A stretch of 63,968 nt of DNA, the filler included, from Piptocephalis cylindrospora (Eukaryota): NCBI GenBank assembly GCA_003614145.1. It is 5 parts of 5 records of this genome, joined end to end, with 100 filler letters (N's around TTAATTAATTAA, not from the genome) between each part and the next. Parts side by side here need not be neighbours in the genome. Positions count along the whole stretch, not along the records: positions 13,293 to 26,391 come from KZ987948.1; positions 26,492 to 39,523 come from KZ987949.1; 3 more parts are not named here. One strand, written 5' to 3'. Within the stretch, counting starts at the first letter, position 1. Every line of letters begins with the position of its first letter. The notes below the pieces were generated by a model. It was not told the DNA's origin. It did not search any database and was given only the letters and a program-made list of their open reading frames with translations. Of the stretch, positions 24,810 through 36,512 are shown piece after piece. The position numbers were made by a program, and so were the translations under genes.

Positions 24810-26391
24810 ATGAACCACGACGCTTACAAAGACCTATCGAACCTGTACATGGATATTCCTGGGTCTGAGGACACGGCTATGGCTGGGACCTTACCCACAG
24901 CTCCCAATACCGCCACTAACACGTCCTCGGCCACCACTTTCCCCACCCCAACCACTTCTACCGCTTTCCCCACCCATGCCTCCCCCTACGCCTTCACCGC
25001 CTCGGACGATACCTTCCTTACCCCGCTCATCTCTCCAGCCTTTGAGCCCTCCCCTCACCTCAACCCGGATCTCCTTCTTTCCCCCCTGGTGTCTCCGGCC
25101 CTGGCTGCCACGCCCCAAGATCTGGCTACCCTCAATGCCATGACCGAACGCTGGAACTCGGCCCTGGCGTCCTTGGCATCCTCCCCCGTCTTCCAGCCCT
25201 CCACCTCCTCGGCCTCCTCCATCACCATCCCACATGCTCCGAGCATGGGTGCGTTTACCCTGTCCACCTCCTCCTTACCCGGAGATGCCACCCCTCATCC
25301 TCACACTGCCATGATGGAGGACCATATGGAGGGGGTCATGGCTAATGATGCTTCCATTGGCGCTTCTCACTCACATTCTCACTCCCATTCCCTTTCTCAC
25401 GCACTCTCAGGAGCTTCTAGAGACTCCGCCGCCTTGGTGGAGAGCTCCAATCGAAAGTATGCTTCTCGTCGAACCAGTGCTCCCCTGGGCTCCTTGACGG
25501 AGAAGAAGGGTGCCGGAAGTAGTGTAGTTACATTACATCAGCTTTCCCCCTCTCCTGCCACCACCACCTCCGCCTCTCATGCCATGGCTCCGGCGACTGT
25601 GATGGGCATGAGACGGAATGCTGCGGGCGCCATGGGCCGTACTTCCTCCCCCATTACCCCGGCGGCCCTTATGCAGCTCCAAGGAGATAACAAGGTTAAG
25701 GCCTCTTCCTCCATTGCCGCCACCAAGGATCTTTCATACCGTAGTATGACCGACGCTGCTCCTGGTGATTCAGGTGCCCCACCGGATGCAGGAATGCGAC
25801 AGGAGGGGGAGGAGATGGTTGCTAAAGCTGGAAGAGGTCGTACCACCCACTCCTCTTCCTCCTCCTCCCCCCCCCCCTCCGCCTCCAAGAATGCTCCGAA
25901 GCCCTCCCGTCTCTCCGGTCGATCCGTCTCGGCTCATGTTTCCTCCTCGGCCACCTCCTCTCCATCCCTTGCTCCAGGGATGGCTTCTCCTATGCCCTCT
26001 CCCTCTTTGGCGGCCTCTCCGGCCGGAGGCCCCATTCGAACTGGTTCCTCCCTCTCGGGCCCCTCTCCTTCCCTCAAGCCCCGACTCCCTAGTGGGGTAG
26101 ATGAGGACGTCGCCAGGAGTCTGGCTATCCGCTCCAATTACTCTCACATCCGGTCGGGCAAGGCAAGTACCCTAGGCCTCGACTTTGACCCCACCCTCTC
26201 GGCCGAGATGGAGGCCCGTCGCAGTTCCCACAAGGCTGCTGAGCAAAAAAGGCGCGATGCCCTCAAGCATTGCTTCCAGAACCTTCGCGCTGTCGTCCCC
26301 GAGGCTGGGGATGAAGCAGCAAGCAAAACCTTTTTACTTCTTAAGAGTCCTCTATCCTCTTCCCTTTTTTTTGCTTGACTCATCCTCCTCA
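24810..26391 (+). CDS. bHLH transcription factor, Pho4/NUC-1-like; 3' end replaced by a chimeric contig end
   Basis: TPLISPA/SPLVSPAL motifs, ITPAALM, LAIRSNYSHIRSG, basic region RRSSHKAAEQKRRDALK, start of helix 2 ASKTFLL. Confidence 0.82.
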
Positions 26392-26491
26392 NNNNNNNNN
26401 NNNNNNNNNNNNNNNNNNNNNNNNNNNNNNNNNNNTTAATTAATTAANNNNNNNNNNNNNNNNNNNNNNNNNNNNNNNNNNNNNNNNNNNN
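26392..26491. other. Artificial contig linker
   Basis: N run + TTAATTAATTAA, 100 nt. Confidence 0.97.
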
Positions 26492-27826
26492 GAGGCCATG
26501 AAGGAGGCTGAAAAGGGTCATGATCAACGCTTTCATCCCTCCCTCGACGACGCTGCCCATGTCCCATCCAAGAACCCTACCCCCACCAAAGCTCTCTCCA
26601 TGCTCGTTGGCTCCTTACAGAACGGGGACGAGGAGGAGGAGGATATGGATGATATGTTTGCTGATACACCTCCTCCAGCCAGCGCGCCCAAGCAGCAACA
26701 TCCCTCTAGTGCCCCCATCGCTCGTATTCCCCAGCCAACGGGACATATCCCAGAAGATGACTGGGATGATGCGGATGGATACTACCGTACGGTCATTGGC
26801 GAGGCTTTGGATTCTCGGTACCGTGTCGATTCTTATCTAGGGAAAGGGGTCTTTTCTACTGTGGTTCGTGCCTATGATACTACATTCTCCTCTTCCGAGG
26901 GGACGGGAGGGGCGGACGCCGTGGGCGCGAATGTAGCTATTAAAATCATTCGGAGGAACGATACGATGCGCAAGGCTGGACTCAAGGAGGCCGGGATCCT
27001 GCGTCGGCTGGCCAAGTCTGATCCCGAGGGTCGTCGGCATGTCATCCGTCTTCTAAGGACCTTTGAGCATCGGGGTCATCTGTGCCTGGTTTTTGAAGCC
27101 CTTGGCTACAACCTACGCCAGGTGCTCCAAAGGTACGGGAAGGGCGTGGGTCTCCATCTTCACGCCGTACGTTCATATGCCCAGCAGGCCTTTCTGGCCC
27201 TCAGTCTCCTGACCAAGGTGGGTATTGTCCATGCTGACATCAAGCCCGACAACATCCTCGTTAATGAGAGCAAGACTGCCCTTCGGGTCTGTGATCTTGG
27301 ATCCGCCTTTGATCCGTCCGACCCCGCCGATGTCATCACCACCCCCTACCTCGTATCCCGCTTCTACCGGGCTCCAGAGATCATCCTGGGGCTCCCGTAC
27401 GACGGGGCCATTGATACTTGGTCCATGGGCTGCTCCCTTTATGAGCTCTTCACTGGTCGCATCCTCTTCCCTGGTAGGACCAACAATGACATGCTTCGCC
27501 TTCACATGGAGCTCCAGGGTCGATTCACCTTCAAGGCCATCCGTAAGGGCCTCTACACCCAGGATCATTTTGACCCCACCGATAAGACCTTCCTATCCCG
27601 GGAGACTGATCGGCTCACAGGGAAAGAGGTGATCCGGCCCATCGCCATCACCCGACCCACCAAAGACCTGCAGGCCAGGCTTCTAAAACGAAGGGCAGGT
27701 GGTGGGGAAGATCAGGATCCATTGCTCCCCTCCTTTGTCGACTTTCTCCAGCAGTGCCTATCCCTTTCCCCCGAGAAGCGTCTGACGCCCAAACAGGCAC
27801 TGTCCCATCCCTTTCTCCGAGGATGA
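26492..27826 (+). CDS. PRP4: PRP4 (PRPF4B) serine/threonine kinase, 5' truncated
   Basis: DDMFA, DDWDDADGYY, LGKGVFSTVV, HADIKPDNILV, CDLGSA, TPYLVSRFYRAPE. Confidence 0.95.
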   Translation, partial: EAMKEAEKGHDQRFHPSLDDAAHVPSKNPTPTKALSMLVGSLQNGDEEEEDMDDMFADTPPPASAPKQQHPSSAPIARIPQPTGHIPEDDWDDADGYYRTVIGEALDSRYRVDSYLGKGVFSTVVRAYDTTFSSSEGTGGADAVGANVAIKIIRRNDTMRKAGLKEAGILRRLAKSDPEGRRHVIRLLRTFEHRGHLCLVFEALGYNLRQVLQRYGKGVGLHLHAVRSYAQQAFLALSLLTKVGIVHADIKPDNILVNESKTALRVCDLGSAFDPSDPADVITTPYLVSRFYRAPEIILGLPYDGAIDTWSMGCSLYELFTGRILFPGRTNNDMLRLHMELQGRFTFKAIRKGLYTQDHFDPTDKTFLSRETDRLTGKEVIRPIAITRPTKDLQARLLKRRAGGGEDQDPLLPSFVDFLQQCLSLSPEKRLTPKQALSHPFLRG

Positions 27827-28026
27827 TGTTTGAATATGGTGACGATTTGTGGAGATAGGGTCAACCTATGAAGATGAAAATGACTTGGAGTTGTGCAGTC
27901 AAGAAGGAATACACCAACGCATGTGCCATGGTTCTGATACTTTCTACTGCTCTTTCTCTCTGGTATCCTTTATTGTCTCTGTTTGTTACTCCCCCTCCAT
28001 CCCCACCCCACCATAAGTCACCACGG

Positions 28027-28625
28027 CTACTCCCATTCATCATCGTCATCACTATCGCCGAAGCGCCGACGGTTGTAGATAATCTTGGAGGATTGCTGGG
28101 AAGAGCCTCCACCAGATTGCTGGGATAACTGGCCGAGCAGCTCAATGAGCTGAGGCTCAGAGACCCTGCCACGAAGACCACCTCTCTGGGCCGTCTTGAT
28201 CAGCAAGTCCTCCACTGCCCTAGCCTTCTCCTTTTTCACAATGGCAATCCGGTTGACTATTGGGGCGAGACATGTTAAGAGCTGGGGACACAATGATTGA
28301 TGCAGGAGGTATACTTACGTCGTTCACGTGCCTGAGGATCCAAAAGCTGGGTTAAAAAGGCCCGACGCATCTCCTCTTCCCGTCCACGTCTTTCAGCGGC
28401 CGCCTCTTCATCCTCACCACCCCCCTCGGAGCGTCCAGGACTAGGCAAGCCTCCCAAGGGGGACGGGGAGCTTCCCTGTTTGGCCGATTGCTAAAACAGA
28501 CAAGGAGAGTGTGAGTAGGTTTGTCGTCGTCGTCGTCGTCGTCAACATGTCGCGATCGGATCACTTACACCCTGGAGTTCGGCGAGACGACGGGCACGGA
28601 TGGCATCCAACTCAGGATCAGACAT
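28027..28625 (-). CDS. PDCD5: Programmed cell death protein 5 / Sdd2 homolog (2 introns)
   Basis: MSDPELDAIRARRLAELQG; EEMRRAFLTQLLDPQARERLNRIAIVK.EKARAVED.LI..AQRG; ends with an acidic DSDDDD tail. Confidence 0.92.
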
Positions 28626-29138
28626 GATTGTAGATGATGATGATGTGAATCAAAGGACAAGGCCGGTATGAAGTGTAGAAGGAAAAGGTAGGCAATGGGG
28701 GAATGTATTGAAGAGCACAGAGCTATCCATAAGTGTGAATCAATGGCCGTCTGGTATCGTTCGGTATCCTAAACACCACCAGCAAGAGTTTTTGTGGAGG
28801 ATATATCTATGTTCCTTCTGTGTCTGTCTATATGTGTGTGTATGTATGTGCATGTGGTGGTGATGTGTCCAACCCAACCATACCTCTCCTCTTTTAGGGA
28901 TGAAGCGTTTCTGAGCCCCAACTCCGTGCGTCCGTCCTATCCGTGCGGTCACCACCACCGCTGGCCCTGGGTAAGCGAGCATAAAGACCAACACTAGTCA
29001 AGTGGGTCTTGTGAGGAGGCTTGATATAGAAAATAGACGTCTCTTCCCCACCTCATCCATTCATCCCTTCTCCTCCTCCTATTCTCGCTTCCACTCCCCT
29101 ACACCCACAGCCCCTCGCTCCCCCCTCTTACACAGCCC

Positions 29139-30411
29139 ATGAACTCTCAACCGGATCAACGAGCAGCGGGAGAAGATCAGATGGCATCCATGTCAGAGTA
29201 CGATCGGTCCCTGACGGCCATAGCCGCTAGGCGGCGTCGATCCAGACAATCTAGTGCCCGTAGACAGTCCTTCCAATCGGTCCAGATAGAAGAGAATAAA
29301 TGCTGGATTTGCATGGGGACTGACCGGGATACCCAGTTGTCCTGGCTAAGGGCCTGCGGCTGCAGCCTGAGAGCTCATGAATCCTGCTTACTGCGATGGA
29401 TTGATGAATCCTACCGGTCCAAGGCATCCTCTCGCGTCCCCGTCGTTTGTCCACAGTGTAGACACCCATACAAGCTACGGAATAGCTCTGCCCCTCTTCT
29501 TTCTCTCCTCGGTATAGGCGATGGGATGATCCAACGTATTGTCCCGTACGTAACCTTCCTCGGCCTTTCTGCCTCCTTTCTCATCACCACGACGACCTAT
29601 GGGTAAGTTCACTAGCCGCTCGGCCCATGCGGATATGGGGCTGCTCACATACTCTTCATCCCCTTGTAGTGTACATGCGATCATCACAATGTGTGGCCCA
29701 GAACTTGGGGACTCCATCTTAAATACCCCTCAACCCTGGGGCTGGAGAATTTGGGTATGTTTGTTCTTGTACAATATCAGGGCTGAGGCCAGGAACAATC
29801 TCATGACAAAGCCCCCTCTCCTATCTCCTTGCACTTAGGTCGGGCTTCCTTCCATCCCTATCGGACTAATCATGTCAAGAGGGAGGCAGTTCGACCCGCT
29901 ATTCCTCCTTTTGCCCAGTCTTCTGATCCGTCCTACCCTCTTTCTCAACCCTCGCTCCCTTCGCCCCATCATCACGCCCTCCATCGTCTTTTCTCTCTTC
30001 CCCTGGGTCCGTTTAGGGTATCTGAGCTGGTATGATGGGTTGATCCGGCCCATAGAACATCGATGGGATCTGCAACTGGCATCTTCCCCCCTCTCCCTGG
30101 CCAACGAAGGAGAAAGGGCCAACCAAGCCCAGGCTGGTGGGGCCATGGAAACGGCCACTGCGGCCGTCGGGGACCGAGCGGATCTGGCAAGGACCGTCGT
30201 GGGAGCTCTCCTCCTCCCCTCCATCTCTTCCGCCGTAGGAAGCCTACTTTCCAGATACTCCTGGTTCTCTTCACGTATCTCCACACCCCTGTACAAGAAC
30301 CTTCTTGGTGGGTGCCTCTTCATCCTTGCCAAGGATGCCGTGCGATTGCTTTACAAGTACCAGCGGCTCTCCCAGCGCAAGACCCGCCGTATTGTAGAGT
30401 ATCAGGGCTAA
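29139..30411 (+). CDS. RING-CH membrane E3 ubiquitin ligase, MARCH5-like (2 introns)
   Basis: CWIC...W..ACGCSLRAHESCLLRWID...CPQC; TTTYG, W.W..WVGLP.IP..L, LARTVVGALLLP, LLGGCLF...KDA..L.YKYQR. Confidence 0.88.
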
Positions 30412-30526
30412 GGATGGGGGTGTATTGCTTTCTTGGGGAATATCAGTAAAAGTGAGATGGGATACAATGGGATGGGATGGAATGGATATGTCCATTGGCA
30501 ATGGAAATGACCCCATCACTCCATGA

Positions 30527-30964
30527 TCAATCCTTTGTCTCTCCATGCATCTTGGCTTCAAGTTGCTGGATTTGTGCCTGAACTCTTTCCCGGTTTGCCA
30601 GGAGTTGCTTCCGTCTTGCTTGTCGTTGTCTAGAGGGTGTGGAGGGGTAAGTGAGAAAGTCGCCATGGTACACAGCTCTCCTTGGGCTTACAGCATCAAT
30701 TGCTCCGCTAGCCTCTCCTCATCCTCCTGGGTCAATGGTATTTTTGCTACATCGGCCTATTCTCCGGGATGAGTCTCGTTGAGTATATATTGGCTCGCTC
30801 TCAGTCACACCCTCTCATCCTTGTCCTCTCAGTCTTACCTGTCGTGTCACCTCCTCCCGTGTCCGTAACCAGTATCCAGCAGCTCCTCCTACCGGAAGGA
30901 TCATGGCGGTGAACCAGAAGTACTGTGAACCAAATAAGGACCGGAGGGTAGCTGTAAGCGACAT
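30527..30964 (-). CDS. Small 3-exon single-pass membrane protein with coiled coil (~97 aa), unknown function
   Basis: MSLTATLRSLFGSQYFWFTAMILPVGGAAGYWLRTREEVTRQ / ADVAKIPLTQEDEERLAEQLML / QRQARRKQLLANRERVQAQIQQLEAKMHGETKD*. Two GTAAG...AG introns keep the frame. Confidence 0.65.
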
Positions 30965-31353
30965 GTCGAGGAGGATGCTGTGTAGGGATGCAGACGAGCC
31001 TCGCGTCAAGGATGAATTTGGAGAGGTCTGAGACTTTACCTCCTCTCCTTCCGACAATTGCTCTTCCCTAGGATGGTTAATGATTGACTTGCCCTTGGGG
31101 TGTAACAACACTAAGCATTAAGCTTTTTCTAGAATATGAATTTTTTAGCATCAATTTCATCCTCCTTTCATCCTCGATCATCCCAGCCAACAAGACCAGC
31201 ATTATGTTTCCCCAGCACTTTACCCACTCACCATCCAGTCTTCCCCCCCTTATTGTTTGCCTTGCTTCAAGTAGGGACAGTCTACACATCCAATGTAGCG
31301 CTTCCCATCCCCAACGTTTTCCTTCCTCCCTCTCTCCCTGCCATCCATTCGAC

Positions 31354-31800
31354 ATGCCCCCTGTCACCACCACCACCACCACCACCACCCACGTCACCCA
31401 AGAATCCGTAGATGAGGCCGAGGTGGTCGACTTGACTCATCCTCCTTCACAGCCGGTTGGGAAGAAGCGGGGCATTGAATCTGTGCAGGAGAGCAACGCT
31501 TCGCAACAGGAGGGGTCAGATGGCTCAGATCCCCCGGCTAAACGACCTGCCTTCACCTGCGCCATCTGTCTATCGCCCCCAGAGCACATGACTTCGACAT
31601 CCTGTGGTCACACTTTTTGCTACCGTTGTATCCTACGTTCCATCCGCTACTCGCCTCAGTGCCCAACGTGTCGGAAAAGACAAACTCGTAAGGAGCTCCT
31701 TCGCCTTTATGCCTTTCTCCGTCCTGCCCACGGATCTTCCCTACCTCCCTCCACTACCTCCTCTGAGGCTTCTCCCTCTTCCAAGACCAATTCTGAATGA
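31354..31800 (+). CDS. SIM + C3HC4 RING protein, RNF4/Slx8-like SUMO-targeted ubiquitin ligase
   Basis: SIM EVVDLT next to acidic residues; CAIC...TSCGHTFCYRCI...CPTCRK. Confidence 0.8.
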   Translation: MPPVTTTTTTTTHVTQESVDEAEVVDLTHPPSQPVGKKRGIESVQESNASQQEGSDGSDPPAKRPAFTCAICLSPPEHMTSTSCGHTFCYRCILRSIRYSPQCPTCRKRQTRKELLRLYAFLRPAHGSSLPPSTTSSEASPSSKTNSE

Positions 31801-32138
31801 TCCTTTCCGCGTCCATGTATTTATACGGCACGTTTCTCTGGGGGCGTGGGTATGGATGGGCCTTTCCCCATAAGGGTTCATGATCCCTTTTTCATACGAT
31901 CATCTCTTCATGGCAGCCGGAACCATGCCAATGTATACCTGCATTTCCTCCATGATCTCTCCAAACGAGTGATGATCGTCGTTGCGGCTAAATCAAAACA
32001 AAGCATGTCATTCTGACGATCTGGTCTTGATGATAAGAAAATGTGATATCAACTTGTATGTACACCTACTAACTAACTGGAGCTATGGCATGTACCTTGG
32101 GCAAGCTTTGCCCTCGCTCCCCTCCTCTTCTCATCCCC

Positions 32139-35100
32139 TTACCCAACCACCTTAATCTCACCCGGCACCTTGTCTCCCCCCTCCTCTACTTCCTCCTCGT
32201 TTTCTTGGCAACTCCAGGTACCATCGGGATGCACGACCACTTGACTAGGGTCAACACCTACGCCGCAGGCATCACACAGCTTTCCCTCAGTCAGTGTTCC
32301 CACACCGCTCCCGGTTCCCTCCTCCTCTGATGAGGTACTACTGCTTTGAGATGAACTGGGGATCGAGAAGCCCTTGACCGTACTCTTCCTGGAGATGCAT
32401 CCATCACACACAATTCGATCACATCGCGTGCATGAGGTCTAAAGGACCAAGAAAGGGCCATGATGAGAATGATAAGGATCATTGAGTAAGAGAGTAGTAC
32501 CACTTCTCCTCTTCCCCCCATACATACCCTGCGGGTAAAGAAGCCAAAATCCATGGAGCATAGACTGCATTGTCTACTCCCTCCATTTCCGCTCCCGGGA
32601 GACAGGGTGGAGGGAGAGGAGGAGTAGGACATGGAACCGGCCGTTGTCCGTCGTAACCAAGAAGTCCCACCAATTGGTCTGGCCCCAACGCCATACCCAT
32701 CATCCCCTCCAAGGGGTAAAACCCTTACTCCACCCATCCTTCCCATAGTGGAAACGTCTCCGGTCCCAAGTCCTTTGTGCAGATTCGTTGTGGATGAGGC
32801 AGCTGAGGAAGGGGTGGAGGCCGAAGAGGGGGGCGTAGTAGAGGAGGGGGAAGATGAGGAAGTTGGCGGTGTCTTTCCCTTTAAATTCCCTACCGATCCA
32901 GCCGCAATCCCAATCCCAGGGTCACCTCTTAGGTTCGGCTGCACTCCCCAGCGTTGGTACATGCACTGATCACATGCCCGGGCCATCCGATCCCCCTCTC
33001 CCCCAGCCCCGCCAGGGATGAGGAAACGACGAGTTGAGCAAGACCCACATACGACATACCCACACAGGCGACAATGATGCCGACGACGGTAGACGCGGAA
33101 CTCCTCCATGCACACTAGGCACCTGGACGCCTCCCAATCCTCTTGCCATACCGGAGCCTCATACTCCTCATTGACATAACACACCATGGCCTCTTCCTCC
33201 CCTTCTCTTTCCTCCTCTTCTTCCTCAAGAAGGTGAGTGTCGGTGACATGGGTCCCGGAGAGCATGGAAGAAGAGAATCCTCGGGCATACTGCATGGGAG
33301 AACTAGGGGAAAGGGGTGTTGGGGAGGAGGGGAGGGAGGAGGGATCCAAGGTCTGAGCACGGTTCCCTCGTCGATTCATCCGAATAGCCTGAGAAGCGGG
33401 AGATGCCCCCGGGCCCGGGGAAGAGGAGAAGAAAGGGGAAGAGGCGGAATCTAGGGAGATGCCTTGAGGAAAGTAGGATGATCGACGAGTGACCATCTTA
33501 ATCTGAGTCATCCCTCCTCCCCCGCCGCCCCCACTACCATTTCCTCCCCCTCCGTGACCTAACCCGCCGGTCAATTCACTCAATTCCCCGATTTTAGGAT
33601 CTCTCCTTAGGGTCTGTTGAGCGCTCTGGTACTCCTGGATGGCTCGGGAAATGGCTGTGACCCAGGCATCTCTCTCCGTTTCGGTCTCCACGTATGCCTC
33701 AAAGCTCTTGAGGCGACTTCCGATAAAAAAGGCGTTCCGCATGCCCCTGGATGCCTGATCCGGGATACGGGTGACACGGCATTCCCCCAGGGGAAATTTC
33801 ATGCGGAAAACGTACATACCATCGAAGAGCGGAGGAGGGGCAGCGTAAATAAGGACATCGGAGAAGAGGAAGAGCTCTCGAGGTTGGTGACTGCTTCGAC
33901 AAATCTTCCGGATGGTTCCTTGCTTCACCAGATATCTTCCTGGTACAACCAACTTCTCTCCCAGCCCAAAGATGTTCCGCTGGATCTCGAGCATCTTCAA
34001 ATGCTCCTGTTGTTTCTTGATCATCTCATTCACCTGGTTGGCCACCTCCACGACCTGGGTCAGACCCCCTTGCAACCCGGAGTAGTCCGGATGGGAGGGT
34101 GGGGTGTATTTGAGCAACTTTTCCAGAAGGAGCTTATATTTTGGAATCCTTTGGATGGGCTCCAATAATCGATGATGAAGGTCTAGTCCTGGATTGGCAT
34201 GCTTGGCCGCTTGAGTCTACGGGAAAGGTTTGTTCGGGATGGTTAATTAGGGTAATCCATAAAATATATCACATTGTCTGGTCAAACAGGAGAGACTCAC
34301 CTTGAGAAAGGAAGCGAAGGCAGAATTGGATGAGGAGATGGTCGTGACACGCTCGAGAGCATGATAAAATCCTCGAGAGTAGATACCATAGACCTTGAGG
34401 TACGAGGTCATGACAAGAAAGATGTCACCCACTTCATCAGTTCTCGGGTCCCATATCAAGTTCCTACCCCTATCCGGGTGGCTTGGGGGAGGCTGATCCA
34501 ATTGGATTCGCTGCTGCAGAGTGTACCCGGTTCTTCGATGAAGCTTCTTAGTCTCTTCGGCGCTCCATCGTGTCTTTTCCTCCCCTTCGTCAATGGTATC
34601 GCTATTAGGAGAGGGGCTCTCTTGGGGCCCGCCCCGCTTCTCCCTCTCTTGCGCTTCCAAGGGGCCCAGGCGCTTTTCGAGCCTTTGAAGCAACTCACCA
34701 GTCACCATAATAATATCACTCAGGTTCCCAAAGACGATGCGGATGTTCAATGGGGAAATAAGTTGGGTAGGGAGGCTCACAGAGGCACACAGGGGAATTT
34801 GATAGAAGCGCTCGAGGATGTGCAAGGATTCCATATAGGAGCGTTCCGACGTGAGGATTTCCAAGGCAGCTCGCCTTCTACTTTGCCAATCCCATGAATC
34901 CAATTCGGAGTCCGTGGAAAGGCCCTGTTTGGGCCCCGTCTCAGGGGCTGGAGTGGTCTCTTCGGGAATGAAACTTGGCCCTTGCCCCTCATCTTCAGCA
35001 TTGGGTGGAGTATCATCATCCTTTTGGGAGGAGTTGCCCGAAAACTGGGAGAAAGAAGTGGAGATGCGCAATGGAGGTCGAGAGGTAATTTTCCAACTTG

Positions 35101-36277
35101 CGCCCTCCTCATCATCATTTACCTTTCCATCTTGATCTACTTCTACCTGAACGGGGATGACTCCATTACCTGGATCTTCCTTGGCCTCACTCATATCCAC
35201 GCCATCATCATTATCCGGAACTAATCCACCTCCCTTCTCCAACTTTACATCTCCATTCTGACCCAATACACGGTCAAGGGCTTGTTGACGCAGTAGACTT
35301 GTCAATAGGGCGTGGGCTTCGGATTGACCTTGGGCATGTTCATGCATACTGACAGACCGACCCAATCGATTGGAGGAAGGGAGAAGAAAGGACTTGATCT
35401 TTTCCTGGGGTTCACTTTCGGTCGCCTTCTCCTCTTCCTCACTCGCTTTTACCCCATTCTTTTCACTCTTCCTTTCATCGTCGCTATCCTCATTCATTTC
35501 TTCTTGTATTTCGCCTTCGACAGGGGTACCGCAGAAACTTTCCTCTTGATCCAGCGAAGCCATGGTCCAGGTGGATGAGGTCATAGAGATGTCCCCTTCT
35601 CCGGGGAGAGAGAGGCGGCTCTGATGGGATACTTCGCTGTTATCCTGAGTGGAGGAATCGGCACATGTGGACATGCGATGCTGGGAAGGGATAGGGAATG
35701 AAGTGGAGGAGGATCGAGGTTGCGGGGCACGATGTACATGGATTGTATGAGGAATGGGGACTGAATGTCTGTGTGCGGCAGGAGGTCGTTGACCCAAGGG
35801 ACGAGTGCGTAGGCTAACAAGAGGTTCAGCTTCTGGGGTAGACCTCGTCACCTTTACCCCATCCTCCATATCACTCTCGGACATGGAGTGTCTCTGGGAT
35901 GGGGAGAGGGAAGATGAGGTGGAAGTCAGATCAGGGGCCTCGATGGGAGGTGATGTACTCATGGCATGCACTCCATCCTCCCCGGGCCCAGGAGATGGGG
36001 AGGGAGATGAGGAAGACGAAGAAGAGGAAGGGGATGAAGAGGAGTAGGAGGGGGCGTTAGAAGATGTTTGATCTCTCGGAAAGGGCATCGGAAGGGGGGT
36101 GCCTTCGGAGGGAGAGAAATCGGGGATGGCCGGGTAAGCCGACTTCGTTGACGGAACGGGGAAGGACGGGGAGGAATGGTGGACAGAAGGATGGGAAGAT
36201 AGTCGATTGGGTAAAGTGGACCGATTCATCAGACTACCCTCATGCTCTTCCTCAGTGGCACGGTACTTTTGAGGCAT
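32139..36277 (-). CDS. FGD/frabin-like Rho GEF (DH-PH-FYVE plus a second FYVE-like zinc finger)
   Basis: EILTSERSYM, LLEPIQRIPKYKLLL, PH domain RELFLFSDVLIY...ERDAW, FYVE APVWQED...CLVC...RRRHHCRLCGYVVC; second CSLC...C.RC.RIVCDGC...CDAC split by an intron. Confidence 0.9.
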
Positions 36278-36475
36278 TTCTTCTGAATAAAGAAATCTAC
36301 GAGATGATGGAATAGAGGAAGAAGAATAGGAAAGAATAAAGTGATCCTAAAGATGACTATGTTTCCTATTTATGCGATTGATGGAATGGGAAAGAGCAAG
36401 CTTGGAGACAATGTGTGTGCTTGTGTGTGTAAAATGGGAGATGGGCGTGGGAAGATACACCTTACACGCAGCTAC

Positions 36476-36512
36476 AGGGACTGGGAACTAGGGACTGGGA
36501 ACTAGGGACTTG
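36476..36512. repeat. 14-bp tandem repeat AGGGACTGGGAACT (~2.5 copies)
   Basis: Read directly upstream of the RhoGEF gene. Confidence 0.8.
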
